This document shows, in pieces, positions 49,790-61,700 of a stretch of 64,000 bases of DNA (position 1 is the stretch's first letter; every line of letters begins with the position of its first letter). The stretch comes from Nitrosopumilus sp. (GTDB lineage Archaea; Thermoproteota; Nitrososphaeria; Nitrososphaerales; Nitrosopumilaceae): assembly GCA_965223425.1 (NCBI GenBank), contig OZ245003.1, forward strand, positions 480,001-544,000, given 5' to 3'. Under the pieces are notes generated by a model that saw nothing but the letters and a program-made list of their open reading frames with translations, did not search any database and had not been told where the DNA came from. The translations under genes were made by a program, and so were the position numbers.

Positions 49790-49972
49790 GGATAAATCTA
49801 CTCGAAAAAAATATGCAGTACATCCATTTTATGCAAAAGAAAAAATTTGATCACTAGTAAGAGTGCCAAGCTATCAAGAGAAGATAAAAAGTATGCTGAA
49901 AAAAAGGGAGTAAAAATTGATCGTATTAGTGCAAAATCCCGCCCAAAAAAGAAAAAATCATGGTGGGAATAA
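49790..49972 (+). pseudogene. Possible Mrr-like nuclease C-terminal fragment
   Basis: Frameshifted LITSKSAKLSREDKKYAEKKGVKI resembles the end of Mrr_cat domains. Confidence 0.3.
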
Positions 49973-49981
49973 TATTCTATA

Positions 49982-50608
49982 TTATAACTCAGTAGACATT
50001 TTTTTAAAATTATTTTTAATATAATTTTTCACCAAATCTTCACCTCTTTGAAAATTATTCAAATGAGATTCATCCTCATTTTTTTGTTCATCAATAATAT
50101 GCAAAACTAGTTTGTTTTTAGGCAATCTCGTCATCCAACCATAAATATTACATTGGTCAATTGCATATTGACGTATTTTTTTTAATTGTCGTCTTGAAGA
50201 CATGAATTTTGCTTCAAAAATAGTGTCATCATTTTTGCCATCCAATCTGCCAGTGATAAAATATTCTTTCTCATCAACAGTGATTGCTTTCTTGATGAAA
50301 TCCTTTTCAAATCCTTTACTAACAAAGCCATTTGTTGCATGCAAAAATGAGCCTAATCTCATGGCAGCTTCTTTAGAAGACAGTCTTTTAATGCGATCTT
50401 CAAGTTCCTGAATAGTCATTTCTCCTATTAGTTTGGTTTTATCCTCACCATCTCTATAATGAATATCCTCCAAGATGGTACTAACTGAGATCGCCAAATG
50501 TTCATGAGATGTCTCATCAAGATTAAACATAGGCCAAGTACCATCTTCAGCAGGTCTTTTAATAATAAAATCACCACATAAATGACAATTCGTTTTAAAA
50601 TCACTCAT
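49982..50608 (-). CDS. PD-(D/E)XK (RecB/Cas4-like) nuclease with N-terminal Zn-binding motif
   Basis: GRLDG, IFEAK, QCNIY; CHLC..H at N-terminus. Confidence 0.7.
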   Translation of the reverse strand: MSDFKTNCHLCGDFIIKRPAEDGTWPMFNLDETSHEHLAISVSTILEDIHYRDGEDKTKLIGEMTIQELEDRIKRLSSKEAAMRLGSFLHATNGFVSKGFEKDFIKKAITVDEKEYFITGRLDGKNDDTIFEAKFMSSRRQLKKIRQYAIDQCNIYGWMTRLPKNKLVLHIIDEQKNEDESHLNNFQRGEDLVKNYIKNNFKKMSTEL

Positions 50609-50729
50609 GATGATAACATCATAACCTCATCTAAAAATATGACTTACTCCTAGTCAAATGATGGTTACTTTTATATCAATTAAAAAATTCTCAATAGGCT
50701 TAAATCTTCATAATCCTTCTTGAATCTAA

Positions 50730-51284
50730 ATGGGATTAGACGTTTTTGATGCAATCGCATTAACTATTCATGCAAACAACGATGAAATCGCAAGTAAAAC
50801 AACAATACAGAAATTAATTTACTTTCATACGGTTACGATCAAGAATTTAGACATTTCAAACTATACTCATTATTTCTATGGTCCATTTAATCGAGAAGTA
50901 TCAACTGCATTAGAAGATATGTCTGAATTCTCATATATTGACCAAAATATCATTTCAGGATACTATGAAACTTACAATTACAGATTAACAGATAACGGAA
51001 TCAAATATGCTGAAACTGCAATGGGAAAATATTCTGATGAATTCAAAACAATTTCTAAAACTATCGAGATATGTAATGAATACTGCGAACTAAAACCAAC
51101 ACCATTATCATATGCAGCAAAGGCACACTATATTTTAGCAAACTCTAAAAATCAATTTAAAGACAAATATTCAGCAGAAGATGTAAAAACAATTGCAAAA
51201 GACTTTGATTGGAATATTTCCGCAAAAGATGCATTAACTGGACTCACATTACTTCAAAACCTCGACCTTGTCTCTACCTTATAG
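50730..51284 (+). CDS. YwgA/SocA-like winged-helix protein
   Basis: SKTTIQKLIYF, YFYGPF..EV, YRLTDNG. Confidence 0.7.
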   Translation: MGLDVFDAIALTIHANNDEIASKTTIQKLIYFHTVTIKNLDISNYTHYFYGPFNREVSTALEDMSEFSYIDQNIISGYYETYNYRLTDNGIKYAETAMGKYSDEFKTISKTIEICNEYCELKPTPLSYAAKAHYILANSKNQFKDKYSAEDVKTIAKDFDWNISAKDALTGLTLLQNLDLVSTL

Positions 51285-51652
51285 TTATTTTAGATCCAAA
51301 GCAATCAGAGATCCACTTTATGGATTCATTGATCTTTCTGAATTAGAAACTAAAGTAATAGATACTGAAATTTTTAGAAGACTGCAATTTATCAAACAAC
51401 TCTCTCATGCATATGTTGTTTATCCATCATCAATTCATACTAGATTTGAACATTCTCTAGGAACATTATATGTATCAAATATCATGGCAAACGAATTAGG
51501 ATTTACAAAACAAGACGATGTTGAAAGAATAAGATTATCCTGTTTGTTGCATGATATTGGGCATGGTCCATTTTCTCATTTATTTGAGTCTATAATAGAA
51601 AAAATCAACCCAACAATTCCAGAACCACATGAGAAAATATCAAAAATTATGA
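51268..51652 (+). pseudogene. HD-domain dNTP triphosphohydrolase (YwfO/SAMHD1-like), truncated by IS remnant
   Basis: IRDPLYG, FRRL..IKQL, HTRFEHSLG, LLHDIGHGPFSH; homology stops at the TIR. Confidence 0.85.
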
Positions 51653-52223
51653 TTAGACTTTATGCACAATTGAATCATAAAAATTTTTCCGAAAGATTTA
51701 GATCCATTTTGATCGCCACAACAGGTAATGGAATCTACAGAACAGACTATACGCAGGCTGCAAAGGGAGCTCAAGCAAAAGGACACAGCAATCAAGCAGA
51801 ACAACATGCACGCCATCGGAAGAATAAAGCAGTGGGCAAGGATGACAGACCCGTACGACGGCACGGTAGAAGAGTTTCGCGAGGAGCTTGCCGTGTGTAC
51901 AGGCCTTGTAAACTTTGGTTTGCTGTGGGATGCGAAAAGAAAGCGGCCGTCACTTGATTATTGATGTATGATACGGGGTGCATGATGCACTGGAATGGTG
52001 CGCATATATGCGCTTGAATTCTCCCGGATCTGCTGAGTGATCGTATATTTTGTGCCAGACGGGGTTATTTTTTGGACTTGCTTGCCTTTGTATCTTGATG
52101 GCTTGCGCTGTAGAAAAAAAATTTGACGTCATTTACAGAGGGGTTGATAGCAGAGAGAGAGAAAATCCTGATGGCTTGCGCTGTAGAAAAAAAATTTGAC
52201 TGGTCAATATGCATAATGTCTAA
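51653..52223 (+). mobile_element. Internally deleted IS5 (ISL2-like) element / MITE
   Basis: Imperfect TIRs TTAGACTTTATGCACAATTGA / TCAATATGCATAATGTCTAA; ORF 51728-51964 carries HAIGRIK..GLVNF transposase C-terminus; 32-bp direct repeat at 52096 and 52169. Confidence 0.7.
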
Positions 52224-52410
52224 TAAAAAAATAAAATTATGACGCCTAAATTGAATCTTAACGTAAAAGCAAAATATTCTGAGGCCCTTCGGGCCCATTA
52301 TATTTCCATTAGTTTTTAAAATAAGCAAGTCTAAAACTTACTGGCCGCAATGAAGAATCAGAGTTATATCTGAACGATGATTGGAAGGCATTTGTCTGAG
52401 CTGCCAATAC

Positions 52411-53016
52411 TCATTTGTTAATTTGTTCTTTTACTTTTTCTAAAATGCTCTCGTCTACAAGATTTTGTTCATACAATGCCTCTGTAATTTGTAAAATATC
52501 CAGAATTGAATGCATCTTTACTCCCAATTCAGACAGGGCCTCATCTGCACCTTCCATTCTATTCACAATTACATATGCGTCTTTTACAGAAATGTTCACT
52601 TCTTTTAGTAATTTTATTGCATTTACAACCGAACCCCCGGTAGTTGCAACATCATCAATCATGACTACTTTCATTCCATCATGAATTTTTCCTTCAACTG
52701 ATTTTGAAGTGCCGTAATCTTTTGGCTTACTTCTTACATAGATTAGTGGTTTTACAGTTTCTATGGATAATGCAGTTGCAATCACCAATCCGCCTGTTGG
52801 TATAGAAGCAACAGAATCAAATGTGTCTAATCCGATGTCTTGCACAATTTCACTTTCAAGATGTTTTACCATTTTTCTAAATTCGTGAGGATAGCCTGAA
52901 ACTAATCTCAAGTCCATATAGTATGAGCTCTTTTTTCCACTGGCAAGAGTGAAATCTCCAAATTTTATGATGCCATTTTGATGCAAAAAGGTTGTAAACT
53001 CTTTTACAAAGTCCAT
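52411..53016 (-). CDS. pyrE: Orotate phosphoribosyltransferase
   Basis: FTLASGKKS.YY.D, K.YGT, IDDVATTGGS. Confidence 0.94.
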   Translation of the reverse strand: MDFVKEFTTFLHQNGIIKFGDFTLASGKKSSYYMDLRLVSGYPHEFRKMVKHLESEIVQDIGLDTFDSVASIPTGGLVIATALSIETVKPLIYVRSKPKDYGTSKSVEGKIHDGMKVVMIDDVATTGGSVVNAIKLLKEVNISVKDAYVIVNRMEGADEALSELGVKMHSILDILQITEALYEQNLVDESILEKVKEQINK

Positions 53017-53066
53017 ACCAAAATTAACTACACTGGATTTATTTTGGTTTGTATTATGTATGAATC

Positions 53067-54149
53067 ATGCCTGAAATCTGGTTAAATTATGGTGTTACAG
53101 ACGTTGTTTTAGACATAAGGGCAGAAAATTTGGAGCAAAAAATTGATTCTGAGGGTAAAATTTTAGAGGATCAAGCGATCCATGAAAAACTCAACGCACT
53201 TGACCTGTCAAAACCGATGGAACTTGTAGTTTTACATAATTCAAAATCCATCCAAAAAATCATTTCATCATTATTTACACTATGTGAGCAAAAATCAAAG
53301 CCATTCCCAAAAATTTTGGCTGATAAAAAAATACTAAATCTTGTCAAAGCAGGATTGCCTGAAGGAAGCTCCATAAATGAATTTGACAATGCTGGACTTT
53401 CAAATTCAAACCTTGTATTCATGTCTGAAATGGAGTTTGATGGATTGTTTGGCTATGAGACCATTTCAACTCGCCTGATCAAAAAATTCGGTCTAGAATC
53501 CATGCTTTTGGCATATGCAAAAAGACAAGGAAACCTTCCCGCACCTGGACAATATCCTGAAAGTTTGGAGGAGGCAAAAAAATTTACTGATAACTTTGAA
53601 ATTCAAGGAATTGAAATAGTTGCCAATTCTGAAGGCATAATAGATTTTTCTATAGGCCATCCCTCTGAAACTGCTTCCTCAACAAAAATTTTGGAATCCC
53701 ATTCGATTAAAGATGTGGGTCAGCACAAAACAATGATAGCTAGTACCGGTAAAGATGCAAGTAATGACCGTCTGGGAAAATCACTCTCGTCTCTTTGGAA
53801 TTGCTCAAATGCAGTTAAAAAAGACGGTCTGGCAATTTTGGTGGCCGAATGTAAAGGCGGTTTGGGTTCTGATGCAATTCAGCAATACGTTGAAGATAGA
53901 CTGACCCTGGAGCAGCTACGAAACCCCGCTAAATACATCAGCGGAATGGAGGATTTGCTGTTTCTTTCCGAAGTTCAAAAGAACTTTCAAATTGGCTTGA
54001 TCTCAATCCTTCCGGAATTTTATGCAAAGAAACTTGACATGATTTCCCTGCCTGGAATAAAGTATTCCATGGATTATATTCTAAAAACACAAGGCGCAAG
54101 ACAGAAAGTTGCAGTAGTTACAGATGGTGCAAGACTTTTGTTACGGTAA
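53067..54149 (+). CDS. Hypothetical protein, distant LarA/DUF2088-like
   Basis: C-terminal VKKDG..ILVAECKGGLG..V.DG pattern. Confidence 0.55.
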   Translation: MPEIWLNYGVTDVVLDIRAENLEQKIDSEGKILEDQAIHEKLNALDLSKPMELVVLHNSKSIQKIISSLFTLCEQKSKPFPKILADKKILNLVKAGLPEGSSINEFDNAGLSNSNLVFMSEMEFDGLFGYETISTRLIKKFGLESMLLAYAKRQGNLPAPGQYPESLEEAKKFTDNFEIQGIEIVANSEGIIDFSIGHPSETASSTKILESHSIKDVGQHKTMIASTGKDASNDRLGKSLSSLWNCSNAVKKDGLAILVAECKGGLGSDAIQQYVEDRLTLEQLRNPAKYISGMEDLLFLSEVQKNFQIGLISILPEFYAKKLDMISLPGIKYSMDYILKTQGARQKVAVVTDGARLLLR

Positions 54150-55247
54150 AAAGCCGGGTAAAAACTCTGTTGGTAACGGCGCGCATAAAACCGCTAATCC
54201 GATAATTCCAATGTATGCAAGTTTCCTATTTCTTGAAAGTGGCGATACATCATCTAGCGGGCTTGCGCTAGGATTCCTCGAGCTCATTACAAGAATCAAT
54301 ACTGCCATTAGCCAATAATTTAGCAAAACCAGAATTGCCATACTCCCATAAGTTGCATACCTGTGCATCTTTGGGCCAAGTAATGTTCTGGCCATGTGCC
54401 CTCCATCTAATTGCCATGCAGGCAGCAAATTCAAAAACGTAATTAAAAATCCAATCCAAGCTGCAAATAAAACCGGCGTCATGATTACCTCGTGTCCGCT
54501 TGTGCCCTTACCAAACATTGCCAAGCTAGCAGACATTAGCAATGGCTCTCCCTGGCCCCATTCCATCAACCTCGATTCAGCAAATAACCCTGCAGCAATG
54601 TCTTGATCTAGGACTGGTGCAGTGTATGCTCCATAAATTGAAACTATTACTGCAATTACCAATCCTGCAATGGGGCCTGCAATAGCTACATCAAATAGGA
54701 TTTCCCTGTTGATTGTTAGCCCTCTTGATTGAATGAACGCACCAAATGTTGGAATGCCAATTACTGGCAGTCCTGGTATAAAGTAGGGCCAACTTGTTTT
54801 TAGCCCATGTAATTTTGCAGCAATAATGTGACCTAGTTCATGAATTCCCAAAATTCCCAATAGCGATACTGTGTATACTAGGGCCATCTCTAAAGGATCC
54901 CCTATCTCTACAATTGAATTTGTTCCAGCTGTTCTGTAATATCCGTCAATCATTACAAATGAAATTACAACTGCAAACAACATTCTGGGAGTCCATGCGG
55001 CATTCAGCCATCTTCTCTGTTTTTTCGGAGCAAATTTTTGAATGATTATATATTTTGAATCATTCATCCTCTCTAATTTACAAACATAACTCATATCCTC
55101 TAATTTTCTTGCTAAACTCTCAAATTTTGATTTGAATTCCCCATCTTCAATTCTAAACTCTAAGGAAAATTCTGCCTTTGTAAAATCGCTGACATCAAAC
55201 ATGGAATTGACTAACGAAATAATCTCATCCTGTGAGGGCTCCTCCAT
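54141..55247 (-). CDS. Site-2 protease (M50 family)
   Basis: HELGH, AGPIAG, NLLPAWQLDGGH. Confidence 0.92.
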   Translation of the reverse strand: MEEPSQDEIISLVNSMFDVSDFTKAEFSLEFRIEDGEFKSKFESLARKLEDMSYVCKLERMNDSKYIIIQKFAPKKQRRWLNAAWTPRMLFAVVISFVMIDGYYRTAGTNSIVEIGDPLEMALVYTVSLLGILGIHELGHIIAAKLHGLKTSWPYFIPGLPVIGIPTFGAFIQSRGLTINREILFDVAIAGPIAGLVIAVIVSIYGAYTAPVLDQDIAAGLFAESRLMEWGQGEPLLMSASLAMFGKGTSGHEVIMTPVLFAAWIGFLITFLNLLPAWQLDGGHMARTLLGPKMHRYATYGSMAILVLLNYWLMAVLILVMSSRNPSASPLDDVSPLSRNRKLAYIGIIGLAVLCAPLPTEFLPGFLP

Positions 55248-55758
55248 CTATTTAGGCTAGATCTTTCCATTAAAATGGGTTTTTGGTTTAACAGCTAAGC
55301 GAAATGATTAAGGAAACCACTCTCATGTGCAGAACCAAACCGCTGATCTGATCTCAGATTTGAGGCATTTTGCTTAACTGGGGTCCAGTCTTCCCAGAAG
55401 TACCAAGTTTTCCTCTGAACCATAACCAGTAATCCGTGATTCTACAGATTCTGGGTGCGTGTGATTCTTTGTAGTAGAAAGTTTCTCCTCTTGGTAATCT
55501 CTACGAAGTACTGGGAAGACTGGAGTTTGAAAAAAAATATATAAATATCAAAACAAAAGCATCAAGTTGTTGAATCATACATTTCAGTTATCTGCTTTCA
55601 AGAAGCCGTCGCTAGCCTTACTGCACCTCTGTCATTCCTGCAGTAATCTTGCCTTCCCTGCCACAATGTTGCCTGACATCGGGGGGGGGGGGGTGGAGGA
55701 AGGATTAGCAGCAGCAGTAATGGCATTGGGAGAAGAAGAGTACAGGAGATTCTGAGAG

Positions 55759-58700
55759 TTGCGACGATTGATAAAACCGCCGTTGCTTGCAACGACAACA
55801 ACGACAGCAGCAGCAATAGCGGCACTTGTTCTTCTGATTCCCCTTTGCATTCCCCTTGCTGATGCTGCGATAGATTCGCCTGTTCCAGTCGCCTCCTTTG
55901 ATGACGGAGACACCGTCACAGTCGGCATGACAAACAAGACATTTGACGAGCTTGACCAAGCACATGACATCACCACGGTAAGGATAGGCACCGGCACGTA
56001 CGCCCTGGTCGTATCATTAACTGACTCAGGTGTCCAGATAATAGACATTACAGATCCCGCAAGCCCCGTCCCGACTGCCTCCTTTGAGGACGGGGACACA
56101 GTCGAAGTCGGCGGGACAAACAAGACATTTGACAAGCTTTTCAACGGACGGGACATCACCACGGTAAGGATAGGCTCCAGTACCTACGCCCTGGTCGCAG
56201 CAACCCTTGACCACGGCGTCCAGATAATAGACATTACAGATCCCGCAAACCCCGTCCCGACTGCCTCCTTTGAGGACGGGGACACAGTCGAAGTCGGCAT
56301 GACAAACAAGACATTTGACGAGCTTAGGCAACCATATGGCATCACCACGGTAAGGATAGGCTCCAGTACCTACGCCCTGGTCGCAGCAAACCTTGATGAC
56401 GGCGTCCAGATAATAGACATTACGGATCCCGCAAGCCCCGTCCCGACTGCCTCCTTTGAGGACGGGGACACAGTCGAAGTCGGCGGGACAAACAAGACAT
56501 TTGACGAGCTTGATGGCGCACGGGGCATCACCACGGTAAGGATAGGCTCCAGTACCTACGCCCTGGTCGCAGCATACTTTGATGACGGCGTCCAGATAAT
56601 AGACATTACGGATCCCGCAAGCCCCGTCCCGACTGCCTCCTTTGAGGACGGGGACACAGTCGAAGTCGGCGGGACAAACAAGACATTTGACGAGCTTGGG
56701 AAAGCATTTGGCATCACCACGGTAAGGATAGGCTCCAGTACCTACGCCCTGGTCGCAGCATACGTTGATGACGGCGTCCAGATAATAGACATTACGGATC
56801 CCGCAAGCCCCGTCCCGACTGCCTCCTTTGAGGACGGGGACACAGTCGAAGTCGGCGGGACAAACAAGACATTTGACGAGCTTGATGGCGCATTTGGCAT
56901 CACCACGGTAAGGATAGGCTCCAGTACCTACGCCCTGGTCGCAGCATACTTTGATGACGGCGTCCAGATAATAGACATTACGGATCCCGCAAGCCCCGTC
57001 CCGACTGCCTCCTTTGAGGACGGGGACACAGTCCAAGTCGGCGGGACAAACAAGACATTTGACGAGCTTGATGGCGCACAGGGCATTACCGTAGTGGATA
57101 TAGGTGCCAGTACCTACGTACTGGTCGCATCATACGTTGATGACGGCGTCCAGATAATAGACATTACCAATCCCGCAATAGATCCCCCCAGGTTCGTCTC
57201 AGCCGAACTAGACGAGTTAACTGGTGTGCTGAGCGTCACCTTTGACAAGACAATCGACGCATCCAGCGTCGATGCCACAATGTTCCACATAAGAGAGCCC
57301 GAATCCATCACGGGAGGAGTGACCCTGTCTGCACCGGAGCTTGACACTGCCGCTATTGCTACTACTGACGGCACCGCGCTCTCATTTACGCTGACTGGCC
57401 CGAACCGCGACGCAGTCATCGCGCTAGATGACCCGCAGCTGGAGATAGGGGAGGGCGCCGTGGCCGACGTCAATGGCACCAAGATAACTGCAGCATTTGA
57501 TATACGGACTGCCAGGTTCGCCGAGTCTTTTGCCTTGGGGGCGACAGATAAAGGTACCAGAGACATCTCCTTCTCAAATGACGGCCTGAGGATGTTACTG
57601 GCAGGCCCCAATCGTAATTCTAACGTACACCAGTACGTCCTGCCTGCAGCATTTGACGTGTCAGGCGCCAACCTTACCAACGATGTTACGCTTTCAGACG
57701 CTCCTTCCATAAACGGAATCACCTTCTCAAATGACGGCCTAAGGATGTTTACGGTCAATACGTTAATTGATGCCGTATACCAGTACGCCCTGCCTACAGC
57801 ATTTGACGTGTCAGGCGCCAGCTTTGCTCAATCCCTCAACATCCAATCTCCGCGAACCCATCCAACTGACGTCGCCTTTTCAAACGACGGCCACAGGATG
57901 TTCTTGGTGGGGATTTTCGAATATAAGATAGACCGGTACGACCTGCCTACAGCATTTAACGTGACAGGCGCCGAACACGTCGGCGTTTTCTCATTAGAAC
58001 GAAGGATAGATGGTAATCAGTATGGCCTTACCTTCTCAAATGACGGCCACAGGATGTTCGTTATGTTTGGACAAGATAATTCAAACACCTTCTACGCCTA
58101 CAAATCCGTACACCAGTACGACCTGCCTACAGCATTTGACACGACAGGCGCCAGCCTTGTCGGCACCTTTGATGTCTCTCCGCAGTCGACGACACAAACA
58201 GGCATCGCCTTCTCAAATGACGGCCTTGGGATGTTCAGTACAGATACGTCTACTAGCACAGTATACCGGTACGACCTGAGGCTGCTCTACGACATAAACA
58301 GGCAGCCAGTCGCAGAGGCAGGCCCAAACCAGCACGTGCAGGAAAGAGACACGGTGACCCTTGACGGGACCAACTCGGCGGATCCTGATGACGGCGACAC
58401 CACCACCCTGACATACTCGTGGTCCCAGACATCCGGCTCCCCTGCCGTATCCCTGGAAAACGCCAACACAACAAGCCCCACATTCACTGCACCGCAAACC
58501 GGCAGTACTGCCGCCCTAGAGTTCACGCTTACGGCAAGCGACGATTCCTTGTCAAACGGCACTGACACGGTAACTGTCACAGTCTACGACGACCAGACAG
58601 TCTTTGCCAGGTCTGCCACGTACTATGAAAACCACGGCCTCCTCGGCATAACCTTCAACAGGGACATCGATAGACTGCCAGGTATTTTATTTGACTTGTT

Positions 58701-61700
58701 TTTTATCCGCGAGTCCGGCTCTAATTTTGGCGGCTCGGATCTTGCCTCCTCTGAATGGCTGCAAAACACGGCAGCGCGCAGCACGATGATCTTCATGCTT
58801 GACCCGTCCACGGATGACGCAGTCAGGGCTTTGACATTCCCGGAGATTGACATAGAGGCTTTTGCCGTGTCTGGCACAAATGGCATCCGATTTCTGTACG
58901 ACCAAGTCGAACTGCCAGTCGTCAAAAGCGGCGCATTTCTTCCGCGGGTAACCACTGCTGTTGCCTCGGCCCAAAGCGAGATCACCGTGCGCTTTTTGTC
59001 CAACGTCGACACGGACATAACCAACGGCACGGGATGGTCCGTGGGCGCCTCCGTGGACGTGGGCCTGGAAGAAAACCTTGCCGTAGAGTCAAACTCGGAT
59101 CCCGGCGGGACGACAGACGCCATGACGCTTGCGCTAAACGGCTCGCTGCCAACAGGATTCAGGTCAGGTGCCATCTTCCTTGACTACCAGAGGCCGTCTG
59201 ATGACGGCACCGGCATCTTCAACGGCACCGAATACCTGGGCAGCACCAACCGCATCTTGCTAACTGACGGCATACCACCGGTAATAGTCAATGCCAGCGC
59301 AGCTTCTCCAACTGCCACGTCAATAACCCTGACCTTCTCAGAGAGGATCACAGGCAAGTCTGATGCCGAAAGCTTTTCGCTCTCGCGTACGGCAGGCAGC
59401 GCCACCACGACGCCGGTGCCTGCAGTGGTGTCGCAGGTAGAGGCCGGCTCATCTCCCACCATCACGCTTAACCTTAACGGCACCATCGGCAACAACGACC
59501 TGGTTATCGGCTACAACCGGGATCTGGGAGGCGACAGCAGCATGGCAGACATTGCAGGCAACCCCGTGGCAAGCTTTGCAGACATACCGGTGGCCACGCC
59601 GCCTGCGGATCCCGTTCTGCCTACACCACCGGAAGACGACAGCTACGCGATAGATTCGCCTGTTCCAGTAGCCTCTATCACTGACGGCCAGACCCATTCT
59701 AACGGCAAGACATTTGACGAGCTTAACGGCGTATATGACATCGCCACAGTAAAGATAGACACTAGTACCTACGCCCTGGTTGTAGCAAGCACATTTGGTG
59801 CTGACAACGGCGTCCAGATAATCGACATTACAGATCCCGCAAATCCCGCACCAGTCGCCTCCTTTGATAAAGGGGATACCGTCACAGTCGGCAATGCAAC
59901 CAAGACATTTGACGAGCTTCTTGGCGCACGAGCCATCACCACAGTAAAGATAGACACTAGTACCTACGCCCTGGTCGCAGCATTCACTGACAACGGCGTC
60001 CAGATAATCAACGTCACCAATCCCGACTTGCCAGCCCCAGTCGCCTCCTTTGATGACGGGGACATCGTCACAGTCAACGGGACAACCAAGACATTTGACA
60101 CGCTTCGAGGTACACGAACCATCACCACCGTGGATATAGACTCCAGCACGTACGCCCTGGTAGCAGCATCCAATGACGACGGCGTCCAGATAGTCGACAT
60201 TACAGATCCCGCAAAACCCGTCCCAACCGCCTCCTTTGATGACGGGGACACCGTCACAGTCGGCGATACAGAGAAGACGTTTGACGAGCTTAATGGCGCA
60301 CGGGCCATCACCACCGTGGATATAGATTCCAGCACGTACGCCCTGGTCGCATCATTTAATGACGACGGCGTCCAGATAGTCGACATTACAGATCCCACAA
60401 AACCCGTCCCAACCGCCTCCTTTGATGACGGGGACACCGTCGAAGTCGGCGGGACAACCAAGACATTTGACGAGCTTGATCAGGCAAATGGCATCACCAC
60501 AGTAAAGATAGATTCCAGCACGTACGCCCTGGTCGCATCATTAGATGACGACGGCGTCCAGATAGTCGACATTACAGATCCCGCAAAACCCGTCCCAACC
60601 GCCTCCTTTGATGACGGGGACACCGTCACAGTCGGCAATGCAAACAGGACATTTGACGAGCTTGACGGCGCACGGGCCATCACCACCGTGGATATAGGTT
60701 CCAGCACGTACGCCCTGGTCGCATCATTTAATGACGACGGCGTCCAGATAGTCGACATTACGGATCCCTCAAACCCCTTCCCGACAGCCTCCTTTGATGA
60801 CGGGGACACCGTCACAGTCAATGGGACAACCAGGACATTTGACGAGCTTGACGGCGCACGGGCCATCACCACCGTGGATATAGGTTCCAGCACGTACGCC
60901 CTGGTCGCATCACTCACTGACAACGGCGTCCAGATAGTCGGCATCTCGTCAAGATCTATTACAAACCAGCCCACTGTAGCCCCAACCCTCGTATCTGTTG
61001 AAAGGCACGACCCTGCCACACAGAACACAAACGATACCACCCCGACCTTCAGGGCAACCTTCAGCAAGGCAGTAACCAACGTGGATGCACCAGACTTTGT
61101 GATCATAGGTGATGCCACAGCGACAGTCTCTGCTGTCACCCCGGTATCTGATACGGTATACCACGTGGAGGTAAACGTGACTGCAGACGGCATAGTCAAC
61201 CTTGGCATCGCTGCAGGACACAACATCCAAGATGCTGCAGGCAACTCCCTGTTCGGTACTGAGCCTACCGATACAGACGAGCCATACACCATAGATACAG
61301 TTCCCCCAACCCTTGCATCAGTTACAAGGCACAGCCCTGCAGAGGAGGACACAAGCCGTGTCTATCCGGCCTTCAGGGTCACCTTCAGCGAGGAAGTAAA
61401 CAACGTGGATGAATCAGACTTTGATACCACAGGCAGCGCCACCGTGGATGGCTTGGAAGTCCTCCTAAACTTTGCTTTGGGTAACATCCCCGTATACGAC
61501 ATATTTGCAACGGTAACTGCAGATGGCACAATCAACCTTGACATCAATACAGAAAACGACATCAAAGACGCCGCAGGCAACGCCCTGTCCGGCACGGCAC
61601 CGACGGGGGCCGACGAATCATACACCATAGATACCGCTCCGCCAACCCTTGTATCCGTTGCAAGGCATGACCCCCTCACAGAAAACACAAACGATACCAC

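Larger units (their letters stand above)
49654..52298. mobile_element. 2.6-kb integrated-element remnant at tRNA(CAT)
   Basis: 15-bp direct repeat GCCCTTCGGGCCCAT at 49654-49668 and 52284-52298; AT-rich cargo; no integrase. Confidence 0.8.

Noticed and set aside
51653-51957. C-terminal part of the 229-aa HD ORF
   Set aside because: Read-through into the IS remnant, not part of the HD protein
55867-57180. Diversity-generating retroelement VR/TR
   Set aside because: No reverse transcriptase in window, all copies are in-frame coding, and differences are not confined to adenines of any one copy
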